Origin: Halioglobus sp.
Lineage (GTDB): Bacteria; Pseudomonadota; Gammaproteobacteria; Pseudomonadales; Halieaceae
Assembly: GCA_036960305.1 (NCBI GenBank)
Contig: JBALWA010000007.1
Coordinates: 14,126 to 78,125 of the forward strand
Direction of reading: 5' to 3'
Length of the DNA: 64,000 nucleotides
The first letter of the stretch is position 1; every line of letters begins with the position of its first letter. Both the position numbers and the translations under genes were made by a program. Below are positions 35,881-45,272 of this stretch, piece after piece. The notes beneath the pieces are model-generated. The model saw nothing but the letters and a program-made list of their open reading frames with translations. It was not told the origin of the DNA and did not search any database.

Positions 35881-37578
35881 CTAGACCTTGCCTTCCCGCA
35901 ACAGCCCCACCGCAATATCCACCGCGCGTGCCGTAATGGCCATATAGGTCAACGAGGGATTCACGCAGGACGAGGATGTCATGCAAGAGCCATCAGTGAC
36001 GAACAGGTTAGGCACATCGTGTGTCTGGTTATAAGCGTTCAGGGCAGACGTGGCTGGGTCCCTACCCATACGCACCGTACCCATTTCATGGATAGCCTCT
36101 CCGGGAAGCCCTCGGTTTGTACGCTCCATTACCTCGACACCGCCGACAGTTCTGATCATGGCGGCGGCCTGTTTGGTCATATCGGGGATCATTGCATCTT
36201 CATTGCTACCGAAGCTGAAATCGAACCTGATCTGGGGTATACCAAAGCGATCAAGCTTGCGCTCATCAAGCGATATGGCATTGTCGTATTGAGGCAGGCA
36301 CTCCGAATAGCCCAGCATGAACATTGTCCAGGGACCGGGACTGCGCAGTTGCGTCTTCAAGCTCTCACCAAAGCCCGGAGTCTTATCGTACATCGATTTC
36401 CAGCCGCCTCTACCGATGTAGACCTGATAGCCGTAACCACGCAAGAATTCAGTGTCCTTGTCTTGTGAATCCACATTGCGAAACCTCGGAACATAGCCCC
36501 CGGTAGGCCGATTGCCGTATTCAACATATTCCTCATAGCCAGGAATGACGCCGATAGCACCCGGCCCCATCGCGTGATCCATCAAATAATGTCCAACGAC
36601 ACCACTGCGGTTGGCCAAGCCATTGGGGAACGCTGCGGACTTGGAGTTGAGTAGAATCTGAGCCGAGGCTACGGTTGATGCGCACAGAAACACGAGTTTC
36701 GAACGGTAGGTTTTTTTGTCCCCGGAGTGAGCGTCGATCACCCGCACGCCGCTAACCCGGTGTTCATTCTCCGAGTATTCCAGGCTGTGTACCACGCTGT
36801 CGGGTAACAGCGTTAGATTACCTGTCTTTTTGGCGGCCGGTAGAGTGGAACTCTGGCTGCTGAAGTAGGCGCCTACGGAACACCCTCGCTCACAGGGACC
36901 ACAGTAATGACAAGTGCCCCGCCCCTCCTTCGGTTCAGTTAGAATTGCGGTTCGACCAATGGTATAGGTTCGCTCGGGAAACTCTTCCTCGATGCGGGCC
37001 TTCGCCTTTTTCTCGACGACATTTAATTCCATAGCCGGTAGAAAATCACTGTCGGGCAACGCGCTCAGACCCTCGGCCTGTCCGCTCACCCCAATAAAGT
37101 CTTCAACATGCCGATACCAGGGTTCCAGGTCCCGATATCGGATGGGCCAATCGACACCGTGTCCGTCTTGCTTATTGGCTAGAAAATCCTGTTCGCTCCA
37201 ACGATAGGATTGCCTGCCCCAGATTAGGGAGCGGCCGCCAACGACGTCTGCACGTTGCCACATAAAAGGCTTGTCAGGCGTCGGAACATAGGGGTTTTCC
37301 TTGTCATTATTCCAAAACTGGCGGTTCGTCTCGTCAAAGGCGTAGCAGCGGCTTTGCACCGAGTATTCCTCTTCGTACAACTCCCGCAGTGGCTTGCCAC
37401 GAAAAGGGATATCCCAGGACGGCATATGCTCACCCTGGTAGTCCCTGCCATGTTGGATGTCACTGCCACGCTCCAGCACTAATACCTTGAGCCCGCGCTC
37501 GGTCAGTTCCTTGGCGGCCCAGCCGCCAGTAATACCAGAACCCACCACAATGGCATCAAAATCGGTCGTCTCGTTCAT
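35881..37578 (-). CDS. GMC-family FAD oxidoreductase, catalytic subunit of a gluconate-2-dehydrogenase-like enzyme
   Basis: FDAIVVGSGITGGWAAKELTERGLKVLVLERG at the N-terminus, HEMGTVRMG and NLFVTDGS at the C-terminus. No signal peptide of its own. Confidence 0.85.
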   Translation of the reverse strand: MNETTDFDAIVVGSGITGGWAAKELTERGLKVLVLERGSDIQHGRDYQGEHMPSWDIPFRGKPLRELYEEEYSVQSRCYAFDETNRQFWNNDKENPYVPTPDKPFMWQRADVVGGRSLIWGRQSYRWSEQDFLANKQDGHGVDWPIRYRDLEPWYRHVEDFIGVSGQAEGLSALPDSDFLPAMELNVVEKKAKARIEEEFPERTYTIGRTAILTEPKEGRGTCHYCGPCERGCSVGAYFSSQSSTLPAAKKTGNLTLLPDSVVHSLEYSENEHRVSGVRVIDAHSGDKKTYRSKLVFLCASTVASAQILLNSKSAAFPNGLANRSGVVGHYLMDHAMGPGAIGVIPGYEEYVEYGNRPTGGYVPRFRNVDSQDKDTEFLRGYGYQVYIGRGGWKSMYDKTPGFGESLKTQLRSPGPWTMFMLGYSECLPQYDNAISLDERKLDRFGIPQIRFDFSFGSNEDAMIPDMTKQAAAMIRTVGGVEVMERTNRGLPGEAIHEMGTVRMGRDPATSALNAYNQTHDVPNLFVTDGSCMTSSSCVNPSLTYMAITARAVDIAVGLLREGKV

Positions 37579-37605
37579 GATATTTCTCCGGTCGCTGTCA
37601 CAGGC

Positions 37606-38166
37606 CTAGTAACTCCACTGCTTACCCACATCGGAGAACAGATAATCTCCCTTGTATCGCATGGGAACCGGGTTGTAGGACAATTCCTGCTTTGCACCAA
37701 TCTCCGAGGTGTAGTAACCCAATACCGTGAGCTCCTTCATGGTTTTGAAATAAAACCCTTCGGGTGCGGTCTCTTCCTTAACGCGACTCTCACACAAACC
37801 GAGAAATTCATCCTGTTGTTCGCTGGAGCACTCCTCAAAATCCTGTTTATATTTTTCCTTAGACAAGGCCAGAAACGCGCGCTCTGCGGTGATGAACTGT
37901 GTTTGTTCCAATGGCGTGTACCAGTCCCGATAGATCAAATCGACAAATTCGGGGACCTTTGCTTCTATTGCTCCCGGGGTATCAGTAGCCGGGATTATGC
38001 GCGCAGACACAGCTGAAATTGTTCCGAGTGATCCAACGCTGAGACCACCGGCCGAGGGTGAAATGGCTGGGGCCTGAACGCCCGCAAGCACCGCCCGCGA
38101 CACAGGAAGCGAAACGGTAGCGCCCAGTATTATGCCTGCCTTTTGTAACAGTTCCCTGCGGTTCAT
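37606..38166 (-). CDS. Gluconate 2-dehydrogenase subunit 3-family small subunit with Tat signal
   Basis: 186 aa. Twin-arginine leader MNRRELLQKAGIILGATVSLPVSRAVLA. It lies 27 nt upstream of the GMC gene on the same strand. Confidence 0.7.
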   Translation of the reverse strand: MNRRELLQKAGIILGATVSLPVSRAVLAGVQAPAISPSAGGLSVGSLGTISAVSARIIPATDTPGAIEAKVPEFVDLIYRDWYTPLEQTQFITAERAFLALSKEKYKQDFEECSSEQQDEFLGLCESRVKEETAPEGFYFKTMKELTVLGYYTSEIGAKQELSYNPVPMRYKGDYLFSDVGKQWSY

Positions 38167-38367
38167 AGTGTTACTCCCCTGAAGTAGCGAGCAGGTCAGG
38201 TTTGACGCCGTCGCAGCATTTTCAGAATCTAACTATGCACGCGACACGGTCACCAAGGCTACGCAGTATTTCCCCGGATACCGATATTTTTTTCGAGAAG
38301 TAACGAATGTATTTCGCATCGAGTTGATCAAGCAGGGATTATCGACTTTGTTAGCCCCGGAAACGCA

Positions 38368-39582
38368 TCATTTTCTCTTGTCCGACATATGCTGTGCCGC
38401 CTCTCGCGCAGCGTTGAGGCGCGTGCGGGCTGTATTGCTCGAACTCACATCCACAGAGGGGAAACGGAAACCAGCGTACATCACCCGTCTCTCGCGGGTC
38501 CTGGGCGCCTGTGCCATGTGATGGGTGCAACTCAAGTGGATCGTGATATCACCGGTACTGGTAGGAACGTCCACTACGGGCAGGCCGAAGCTCTTCGGAT
38601 CCCTCACGAATGAGGGTCGGATCAGCGCGCGATGACTCCCTGCTATCACGCGAATCTGTCCGGACTCCTCGTCGGCACCCGTTACGGAGATACCCACCGT
38701 CAGGCTGCAACACTCCAGGCTATGGCGTCCCTGGGCGCAGTCCTTGTGCCAGGGCAGGTCAGATATTCCCTGCACTACGTTGAGAGGCTTGATCAGTGCC
38801 TCGATCTGGTTGCCCTCCAGTGAGTTATGCACATGGCCTAGCCCTGGGATCTCTCCGATTCGTGTGAAACGTGGGTCCTGTAGTAACCGGGCTGTGTTAT
38901 CTGAAACCTGGTCGAACGCCTGCATCCGCACCAGGCGCCGGTCTCCCTGCTGTGTGGTTGCCCACCAGCTCTTGCCATCCCCGTCGGTGTACTCGCTTTG
39001 AGAAGTGTCCATATCCTGAGAGATTGCAGCCATCTCCTCCGAGGAAAATACCCCGCGTATATGCAGGAAACCAGCCGTTTCAAGGAAATAGCGCATTTCT
39101 TCGATCGAGTCCTCGATACTGAACTTGTGCTCCAGGTCCAGTTGCGAACCATCCTTGGCCAGGAGTTCTATGGCGCCGGAAACATGTATCGGTCGCTTGT
39201 CCACAACCGCCCGTAAAATCAACCACCAGTCGAGGTAGTCTTCCAGCGTGCCACGCGGTATATCCAAGTCGCCCGTGGTAAAGAAGGTAATGGGCGTATA
39301 TTCATCGTTGACGAGGCCAGAAAATTCCTCCTCGCTCATCCGTACATGTAGACCACTGTGTGCCACCCCATCGGCAACAGACAGGCGGCCCTCCCTGACG
39401 CTCAATTGCCAGGATTCACCTTCGCACTCAACCGTGAAATCGTCCGGGCTATTGCTCTCCAGCCAGGCCTGCATATACACCTGGCCGCTGTCTGCATACG
39501 CCCGCAGCTGCTCGTTGAAAAATTCGCCCGGAGATACGGGGCAGATATCGGCTTCACTCCGAGTTCTCATATCGATGGACAT
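38368..39582 (-). CDS. Phytanoyl-CoA dioxygenase (PhyH)-like Fe(II)/2-oxoglutarate oxygenase with ~170-aa N-terminal extension
   Basis: The C-terminal half has GFLHIRGVFSSEEMAAI, LPWHKDCAQG and IRVIAGSHR (HxD...H-type pattern). I do not recognise a family for the N-terminal domain. Confidence 0.55.
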   Translation of the reverse strand: MSIDMRTRSEADICPVSPGEFFNEQLRAYADSGQVYMQAWLESNSPDDFTVECEGESWQLSVREGRLSVADGVAHSGLHVRMSEEEFSGLVNDEYTPITFFTTGDLDIPRGTLEDYLDWWLILRAVVDKRPIHVSGAIELLAKDGSQLDLEHKFSIEDSIEEMRYFLETAGFLHIRGVFSSEEMAAISQDMDTSQSEYTDGDGKSWWATTQQGDRRLVRMQAFDQVSDNTARLLQDPRFTRIGEIPGLGHVHNSLEGNQIEALIKPLNVVQGISDLPWHKDCAQGRHSLECCSLTVGISVTGADEESGQIRVIAGSHRALIRPSFVRDPKSFGLPVVDVPTSTGDITIHLSCTHHMAQAPRTRERRVMYAGFRFPSVDVSSSNTARTRLNAAREAAQHMSDKRK

Positions 39583-39866
39583 TTTTCACTCCTTAGCTTT
39601 GTACTGAGTCCCAAAGACTAACACCAATCGGCTTAGCTCATAGAGGTATCACAGCTATTCGTTTTTTACTGTACTCCGAGCTATAGTTTTCATCTAGTAT
39701 CATCAGAATGATAATAGTTCACGTCTATGCGCTGTCGCCCTTTAATGAAAAAGTTACACGAACACTCTAGCTGAAGGGGCTTACGTACGAGATACAGCAA
39801 TATCCGCGGGTCACGCGGTGGATGAACCGGGTCGAAAACGCGACTGACATAGAGGCCTAAACCATA

Positions 39867-41468
39867 ATGACGAAAGATACGAAATTGGACGTAATCGTCG
39901 TGGGGGCGGGTTTTGCCGGTATGCAGATGCTTTATCGCCTGCGGGGCCTCGGTTTTAGCGTAAGAGCACTGGAGTCCGGCGATGGTGTAGGTGGAACCTG
40001 GTTCTGGAACCGCTACCCCGGAGCCCGCTGTGATGTAGAGAGCATGCAGTACTCTTATCAATTCTCAGAGGAACTGCAACAGGAATGGGACTGGACCGAA
40101 CGTTACGCTACCCAGCCCGAAATACTGCGCTATGCCAACCACGTGGCAGATCGATTTGATCTGCGGCGAGACATCGAGTTCGGATGCCGGGTGGCCTCAG
40201 CGATATTTGACGAAGAGGATAACCACTGGTGCATCACCACCGAAGACGGCACAAGTCTGGTAGCGCGTTTCTGTGTCATGGCCACTGGCTCTCTGTCGTC
40301 GGCCGCAGTACCCGAGATTGACGGTCTGGACACGTTCAACGGCCAGTACTGCCACACCGGAGAGTGGCCTACGCAGGCTTTGGATTTATCCACCAAGCGA
40401 GTAGCGGTAATCGGCACCGGCTCTTCCGGTATCCAGGCGATTCCCGAACTAGCAAGAACGAGTGCGCATTTGACAGTATTTCAACGTACCCCGGGGTATT
40501 CCTTGCCGGCTCACAACGCACCGCTTTCGCAGGAAGCCGTTACAGAAATCAAGAACAACTATTCGACTTTTTGCGCCGCCAATAAGGCGGAATGGGGCGG
40601 CGTGAGCTACCCTGGCGGTATGAACGCTACCTCTGCCCTGGATGTAAGCGAAGCGGAGCGGAACCGGGAATTTGAGACCCGCTGGGAAACCGGTGGTGTG
40701 GGCTTCCTGAGTTCCTTTTCCGATCTGCTGTTCCTACCGGAGTCCAATGAAATGGCCGCTAGGTTTATTCGTGAAAAGATACGAGCGGAGGTCAATGATC
40801 CCGAGTTAGCCGAGGCACTCTGCCCCGATGTTGTCGTAGGCTGTAAGCGCATTTGTCTTGATACCGAATACTACGCAACGTTTAACCGCGACAATGTTAC
40901 GTTGGTCAGTGTGAAGGATCAGCCCATTGAGAAGATAACACCTAAAGGCCTGATTACAGGCGATCAGGAATACGAGTTCGACTGTATAGTCTTCGCCACC
41001 GGATTCGACGCCATGACAGGCGCCCTGCTGAAGATGGACATTCAGGGTAGAAATGGTCAAACCTTGCAACAAAAATGGTCGGAAGGTGCCCCTAACTATC
41101 TTGGGCTCTGCGTCCACGGCTTTCCCAATATTTTTTCGATTTGCGGCCCCGGCAGCCCATCGGTCCTGACAAACGTACTGGTCTCGATCGATCAACACGT
41201 GAACTGGATCGCAGACTGCATAGAGTCGCTTAGAGAGCGACAGGTCCAGTGTATTGAAGCTGAGTCTACAGCCGAGGCGCTGTGGGTAGAGCACGGCAAT
41301 GAGATTGTCGATCTAACCTTATTCACGGCTTGTAATTCATGGTATGCCGGGGCCAATATTCCAGGAAAGCCCCAAGGATTTATGCCCTACGCTGGCGGGC
41401 TGCCCGCCTACACCGCGAAGTGTGCGGAAGTCGCTGCGAACAACTACGAGGGTTTTAAGCTGAGTTGA
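39867..41468 (+). CDS. Baeyer-Villiger (type I flavin-dependent) monooxygenase
   Basis: DVIVVGAGFAGMQM, GGTWFWNRYPGARCDVES, BVMO fingerprint FNGQYCHTGEWP and second Rossmann VAVIGTGSSGIQ. Confidence 0.85.
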   Translation: MTKDTKLDVIVVGAGFAGMQMLYRLRGLGFSVRALESGDGVGGTWFWNRYPGARCDVESMQYSYQFSEELQQEWDWTERYATQPEILRYANHVADRFDLRRDIEFGCRVASAIFDEEDNHWCITTEDGTSLVARFCVMATGSLSSAAVPEIDGLDTFNGQYCHTGEWPTQALDLSTKRVAVIGTGSSGIQAIPELARTSAHLTVFQRTPGYSLPAHNAPLSQEAVTEIKNNYSTFCAANKAEWGGVSYPGGMNATSALDVSEAERNREFETRWETGGVGFLSSFSDLLFLPESNEMAARFIREKIRAEVNDPELAEALCPDVVVGCKRICLDTEYYATFNRDNVTLVSVKDQPIEKITPKGLITGDQEYEFDCIVFATGFDAMTGALLKMDIQGRNGQTLQQKWSEGAPNYLGLCVHGFPNIFSICGPGSPSVLTNVLVSIDQHVNWIADCIESLRERQVQCIEAESTAEALWVEHGNEIVDLTLFTACNSWYAGANIPGKPQGFMPYAGGLPAYTAKCAEVAANNYEGFKLS

Positions 41469-41533
41469 ACAATGGACCATTTTCCCATCCGGTATGATGA
41501 CCTACAGCTGTAAGCTGGACCTGGGTAGTTTAC

Positions 41534-42838
41534 TCAGTTATGAAACCGGTGCTGAACATGCCGCTGGCGTATCTCGATCTGCTTTCGCCGTTCTTCAACA
41601 CTCACCTGGGGTATCTCACCAGGTAAGTAATCGCGAATATCTGAAAACGGCACCACTTGCGCTCGCAATTCCGGCTCCCCTTCTGCCTTCATCCAGCGAT
41701 GCGTAATAATCGCCTTTTGCCTGCCTTCAGTGTCGAGCCAGTTCGGGACGCCTGGGTCCTGGTGGGCCAGGACGAACCAAACTTTTCCGTCCGGGCTTAG
41801 GTGGGCCTGCTCCATGTTGATGCTCGTGGTCCGGTCGGCGTAATTCCCAGCGTCGAACCAGGCGTGGGTATAGGTCTGGAATGACCAATAGGACGCGGCC
41901 GGAGGAGTCACCTCAATCACCATGGCCTTATCCGGGGCTAGATCAAAGGGAATGCCGCCATACAGTAAGGTAGAAGAGCCACCGCCTACAGAACGTACGC
42001 CGTTGGTTTCATTTACTGTGTCGGCGATGAGCGCCGCTTTCATCCAACGGTTCCAGCCTATGAGGCTGCCTTCAATCCAGTTTGCGGCTGTGTTCAGACG
42101 TTGCGCGATCATTTCCTCAGTCAGAATTTCTGGCGAGCGGCCCTCACTGCCTATTCTAAGTAGATAGAATGCCCCTTCGGCATCGTTCTCCCAATCGGCG
42201 AAATAGACACGGATGGACAAGATCGTATGGTCCTCGGCAAGCTGAAGCCAATCGCCTTCCTGGGGATCAGGGCTGACAGTGAGGGTAAAGTTTCCCTGTG
42301 CATCCATTGTCAGGTCGGATTTATCCAATGTTTGCGAGGCGCCTATCTGGCCCAGATGGAAATCCCCCAGACTGGTCTGGATGGCGATTTCTCGAACGCC
42401 GAGCAAATTCCCCGTAAGCCGATAAGTATTGCCACCCTTAATTTTTGCCCGAATGTACTTGTTATCGACGTTAGGGCCGCCCCAACCGGTGGTATCAGTG
42501 TTGATCACCAGTAAGGAAGGAAACTCTGGGTCGGCGTGATCGAATTCCAAGCGCAAGCCTTCAACCACCATGTGTGCCAACTGCCGCACACCTTCAGCGC
42601 GGTCACGATCACTGTCCATCGGAAAGGCACCACCTGAAAGAACCGTGGCACTGTCTTTCGCTAGCAGTCGCTGTCCAAGTTCATTCATGCGCTGCGTAAA
42701 GTCAGCCCAGGCCACTAGGCCAGGGCTATCTTGCAGTGCCGCCGCCACCTTCCTCTGTTGAACCTTCTGGTAGCTGCCCCCGGCGAACGTGCCGGCCAAG
42801 AAAACAACAACCAGTAGTAGTACGACTTTCTTGCTCAC
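41534..42838 (-). CDS. Membrane-anchored or exported protein, DUF1214-like
   Basis: N-terminal TM VVLLLVVVFLAGTFAG. The C-terminal pattern PPAASYWSFQTYTHAWFD...DGKVWFVLAHQDPGVPNWLDTEG resembles DUF1214 proteins. Weak call. Confidence 0.4.
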   Translation of the reverse strand: MSKKVVLLLVVVFLAGTFAGGSYQKVQQRKVAAALQDSPGLVAWADFTQRMNELGQRLLAKDSATVLSGGAFPMDSDRDRAEGVRQLAHMVVEGLRLEFDHADPEFPSLLVINTDTTGWGGPNVDNKYIRAKIKGGNTYRLTGNLLGVREIAIQTSLGDFHLGQIGASQTLDKSDLTMDAQGNFTLTVSPDPQEGDWLQLAEDHTILSIRVYFADWENDAEGAFYLLRIGSEGRSPEILTEEMIAQRLNTAANWIEGSLIGWNRWMKAALIADTVNETNGVRSVGGGSSTLLYGGIPFDLAPDKAMVIEVTPPAASYWSFQTYTHAWFDAGNYADRTTSINMEQAHLSPDGKVWFVLAHQDPGVPNWLDTEGRQKAIITHRWMKAEGEPELRAQVVPFSDIRDYLPGEIPQVSVEERRKQIEIRQRHVQHRFHN

Positions 42839-42880
42839 AGGTTCTGATCCTCAGGTAGTATTTAGGTAGAAGGGCTTGCC

Positions 42881-45124
42881 TTAGAACCAGTTGTATCTCA
42901 GCTCCAGACCGAGGGTACGCTCCGCCAGTCGCGGTACGGTTTGCGCATAGCCACCGCCGGGAAAACTGATAACATTATTGGAGCGGATGCTCGTGACGTA
43001 ATCCTGGTCAGCGGCGTTTTTGACGAATACCACAACCGAATAGTGGTCATCCCTGTCCCGCAGTTCTACGGCTAGATCCAGAATTTCATAAGAATCCTGG
43101 ATTGTGCCCTCGTCCTGGGATAGGTCGAACAGCACTTCATCTTGCCAGCGATAATTGCCCTTGAAGATCAGGTCAAAAGGCATACTGGTGAGCGGTAGCA
43201 GATAGTTAGCGTTAAGGGTAAGCCGCCAGTCTGGGGAGTGGGGAAGATCTCCCCCGGACAGGTCCTGAGTACCGGTTCCCAACGGGGGATTCGCGCAACT
43301 GCCGGGATCGCCTTCCGCCTGCTGACCGAAGGAACACGCGCCGTCTGGGTAGTCGTCGATCTCCGCGTTGATGTATGCGACACCGCCGTAAATGGTAAGG
43401 TTTTCTGTGGCGCGCCATGAGAGGTCTAATTCAACCCCTTCTGTACTTACTTCACCGGCATTGGTTGTTTCGAAGTTGCCCGGCTCCTCATCCGTCGCTC
43501 CAGGGACAAATGCCTCAGCCTGGAAGTTCTCAAAATCGGTATAGAATATTGCGAGATTGACAGACATGCTGTTGTCGAAAAGGCTGCTTTTAATGCCCCA
43601 TTCCCAGGCGTCACTACTCTCAGGTTCGATTGGTTCGAGATTCTCCACATCAGTACTTTGTACCAGGCTGTAGGCAGGGCCTTTATAGCCCTGGGCATAA
43701 CTCACATAGGTCATTGTTGAATTGTTGACATCCCATTGCAGCGCGAGCTTGCCAGATAAATCGTCCTCATCGGTGCCATCCGAGACGGCCGGGTCTATCG
43801 CATCAGCACTTCCAGTTCGCTTGAACTTGTAGTCGATTTCATCATTGGTATAACGCCCGCCTATCGTTAGTCTCCAGCGCTCTGACATGTTGACAACCGC
43901 TTCACCGAAGGCGGCGTAGTTAGCGGTATCGACAGTAATGTCTGAATCAATGTCCCGGTTTATTAGTTCAAGAATTTGATTAGTCTGGCTATCAATGGTC
44001 TGGTCGAAATAGAATAGCCCAGCCACATAGCTGATGTATTGGTCTGCAGGGGAGTTAAGGCGCAACTCCTGGGTGAACTGTTCCTGTTCTTTCTCGCGCG
44101 TCGTTGCAAACCCCAGGGGATCTTCAGGCAACAAGCCCAGCCCGGTGCTGCTTATAAAATCCCAGCTTCGCCAGGCGCTGATGGACGTCACCGTGTAATC
44201 GCCAATTTGCCAGTCGATATGAATGGCATGGCCAATCGACTCGTTCTCCGAGAGCGGCGTTTGGCTCGTACTAGTGTTCAAGGTGTTGTTATCCTCGGAT
44301 GCAACTACCGGCAGAAGACGCGTCGCCGAAGGTTCTTCGGCCTCACGCGCGGTGGATACAGTGCACTTACAGTCTGATTCCGCCCAATCAACTGTGTAGC
44401 CTATTTCCAGAGAATCCGTTGGCGTCCAAAGCAACTTGGCCTTCGCCAGTTTGTCTTCATGACCATTGTAGTCCTTGCCATCGTAGACATTTTCAATCCA
44501 TCCGTCTGCATCGATGTAGCTACCCGTTAGTCGGTACGCCAGATTGCTCGATATGGGGCCGGAGATCGTACCCGCCACACGATATTCGCCATCTTCAATT
44601 GCCATTAGGCTGACATCAGCCTCTAGAGACTCCGTCGGCCGTTTGGAGATAAAGTTTATAACGCCCGCTGAGGCATTCTTGCCAAACAAGGTGCCCTGGG
44701 GGCCGCGCAGGACTTCTACCCGCTCAATGTCGGGCAATTGCCCGAATGCCATTGCCGAACGCCCTAGTACAACGCCATCCACCAAAGTAGCGACACTCGG
44801 CTCCACTCCCTCACTAAAGGACTGGGTACCCAGACCCCGCACGTTGAAAGAGCTGTTCGACGGTTCAGAGCCCTGTTGCACTGTCAGGGACGGAACCAGG
44901 TTAGCGATATCGGCGGTCTGAATGATCTGGTTATCCGCAATCATGTCTGCTGATAAGGCCGAAACCGCAACGGCTACATCTTGCAGGCTGGATGCGCGCT
45001 TTGTGGCCGTCACAATAACTTCTTCAAGTGCGAGAGAGCCCTGGGCTGCGACTATTTCTGAAGGCAAGGCAAGGGCTACTACGCCTAATAAGCTGGTGCT
45101 TAGCGTTCGTTTTAGTGCTTTCAT
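42881..45124 (-). CDS. TonB-dependent receptor
   Basis: The ATG at 45124 (MKALKRTLSTSLLGVVALALPSEIVAAQG) has GGAG upstream. Plug motifs EEVIVTATKRASSLQDV and VEVLRGPQGTLFGKNASAGVINF. It ends LGLELRYNWF. Confidence 0.9.
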   Translation of the reverse strand: MKALKRTLSTSLLGVVALALPSEIVAAQGSLALEEVIVTATKRASSLQDVAVAVSALSADMIADNQIIQTADIANLVPSLTVQQGSEPSNSSFNVRGLGTQSFSEGVEPSVATLVDGVVLGRSAMAFGQLPDIERVEVLRGPQGTLFGKNASAGVINFISKRPTESLEADVSLMAIEDGEYRVAGTISGPISSNLAYRLTGSYIDADGWIENVYDGKDYNGHEDKLAKAKLLWTPTDSLEIGYTVDWAESDCKCTVSTAREAEEPSATRLLPVVASEDNNTLNTSTSQTPLSENESIGHAIHIDWQIGDYTVTSISAWRSWDFISSTGLGLLPEDPLGFATTREKEQEQFTQELRLNSPADQYISYVAGLFYFDQTIDSQTNQILELINRDIDSDITVDTANYAAFGEAVVNMSERWRLTIGGRYTNDEIDYKFKRTGSADAIDPAVSDGTDEDDLSGKLALQWDVNNSTMTYVSYAQGYKGPAYSLVQSTDVENLEPIEPESSDAWEWGIKSSLFDNSMSVNLAIFYTDFENFQAEAFVPGATDEEPGNFETTNAGEVSTEGVELDLSWRATENLTIYGGVAYINAEIDDYPDGACSFGQQAEGDPGSCANPPLGTGTQDLSGGDLPHSPDWRLTLNANYLLPLTSMPFDLIFKGNYRWQDEVLFDLSQDEGTIQDSYEILDLAVELRDRDDHYSVVVFVKNAADQDYVTSIRSNNVISFPGGGYAQTVPRLAERTLGLELRYNWF

Positions 45125-45224
45125 CCAATTATCTCCATCAGAAAACGTGCTTTGAATCCTGAAAGCTTCGCAGGGCAACATATTCATAGATGTGGCTGCA
45201 GAACGTGTCTCGCTTGACTTATTA

Positions 45225-45241
45225 TTAAAGAACTTCTTTAA
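45225..45241. promoter_or_regulatory. Perfect 8-1-8 palindrome TTAAAGAA-C-TTCTTTAA, candidate TetR operator in a divergent intergenic region
   Basis: It lies between the receptor gene (start 45124, minus) and the TetR gene (45273, plus). It overlaps a TTGACT (45214-45219) ... TTTAAA promoter-like pair. Confidence 0.45.
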
Positions 45242-45272
45242 ACATATCGTCTAAATATGCTAGTGTCAAGAT

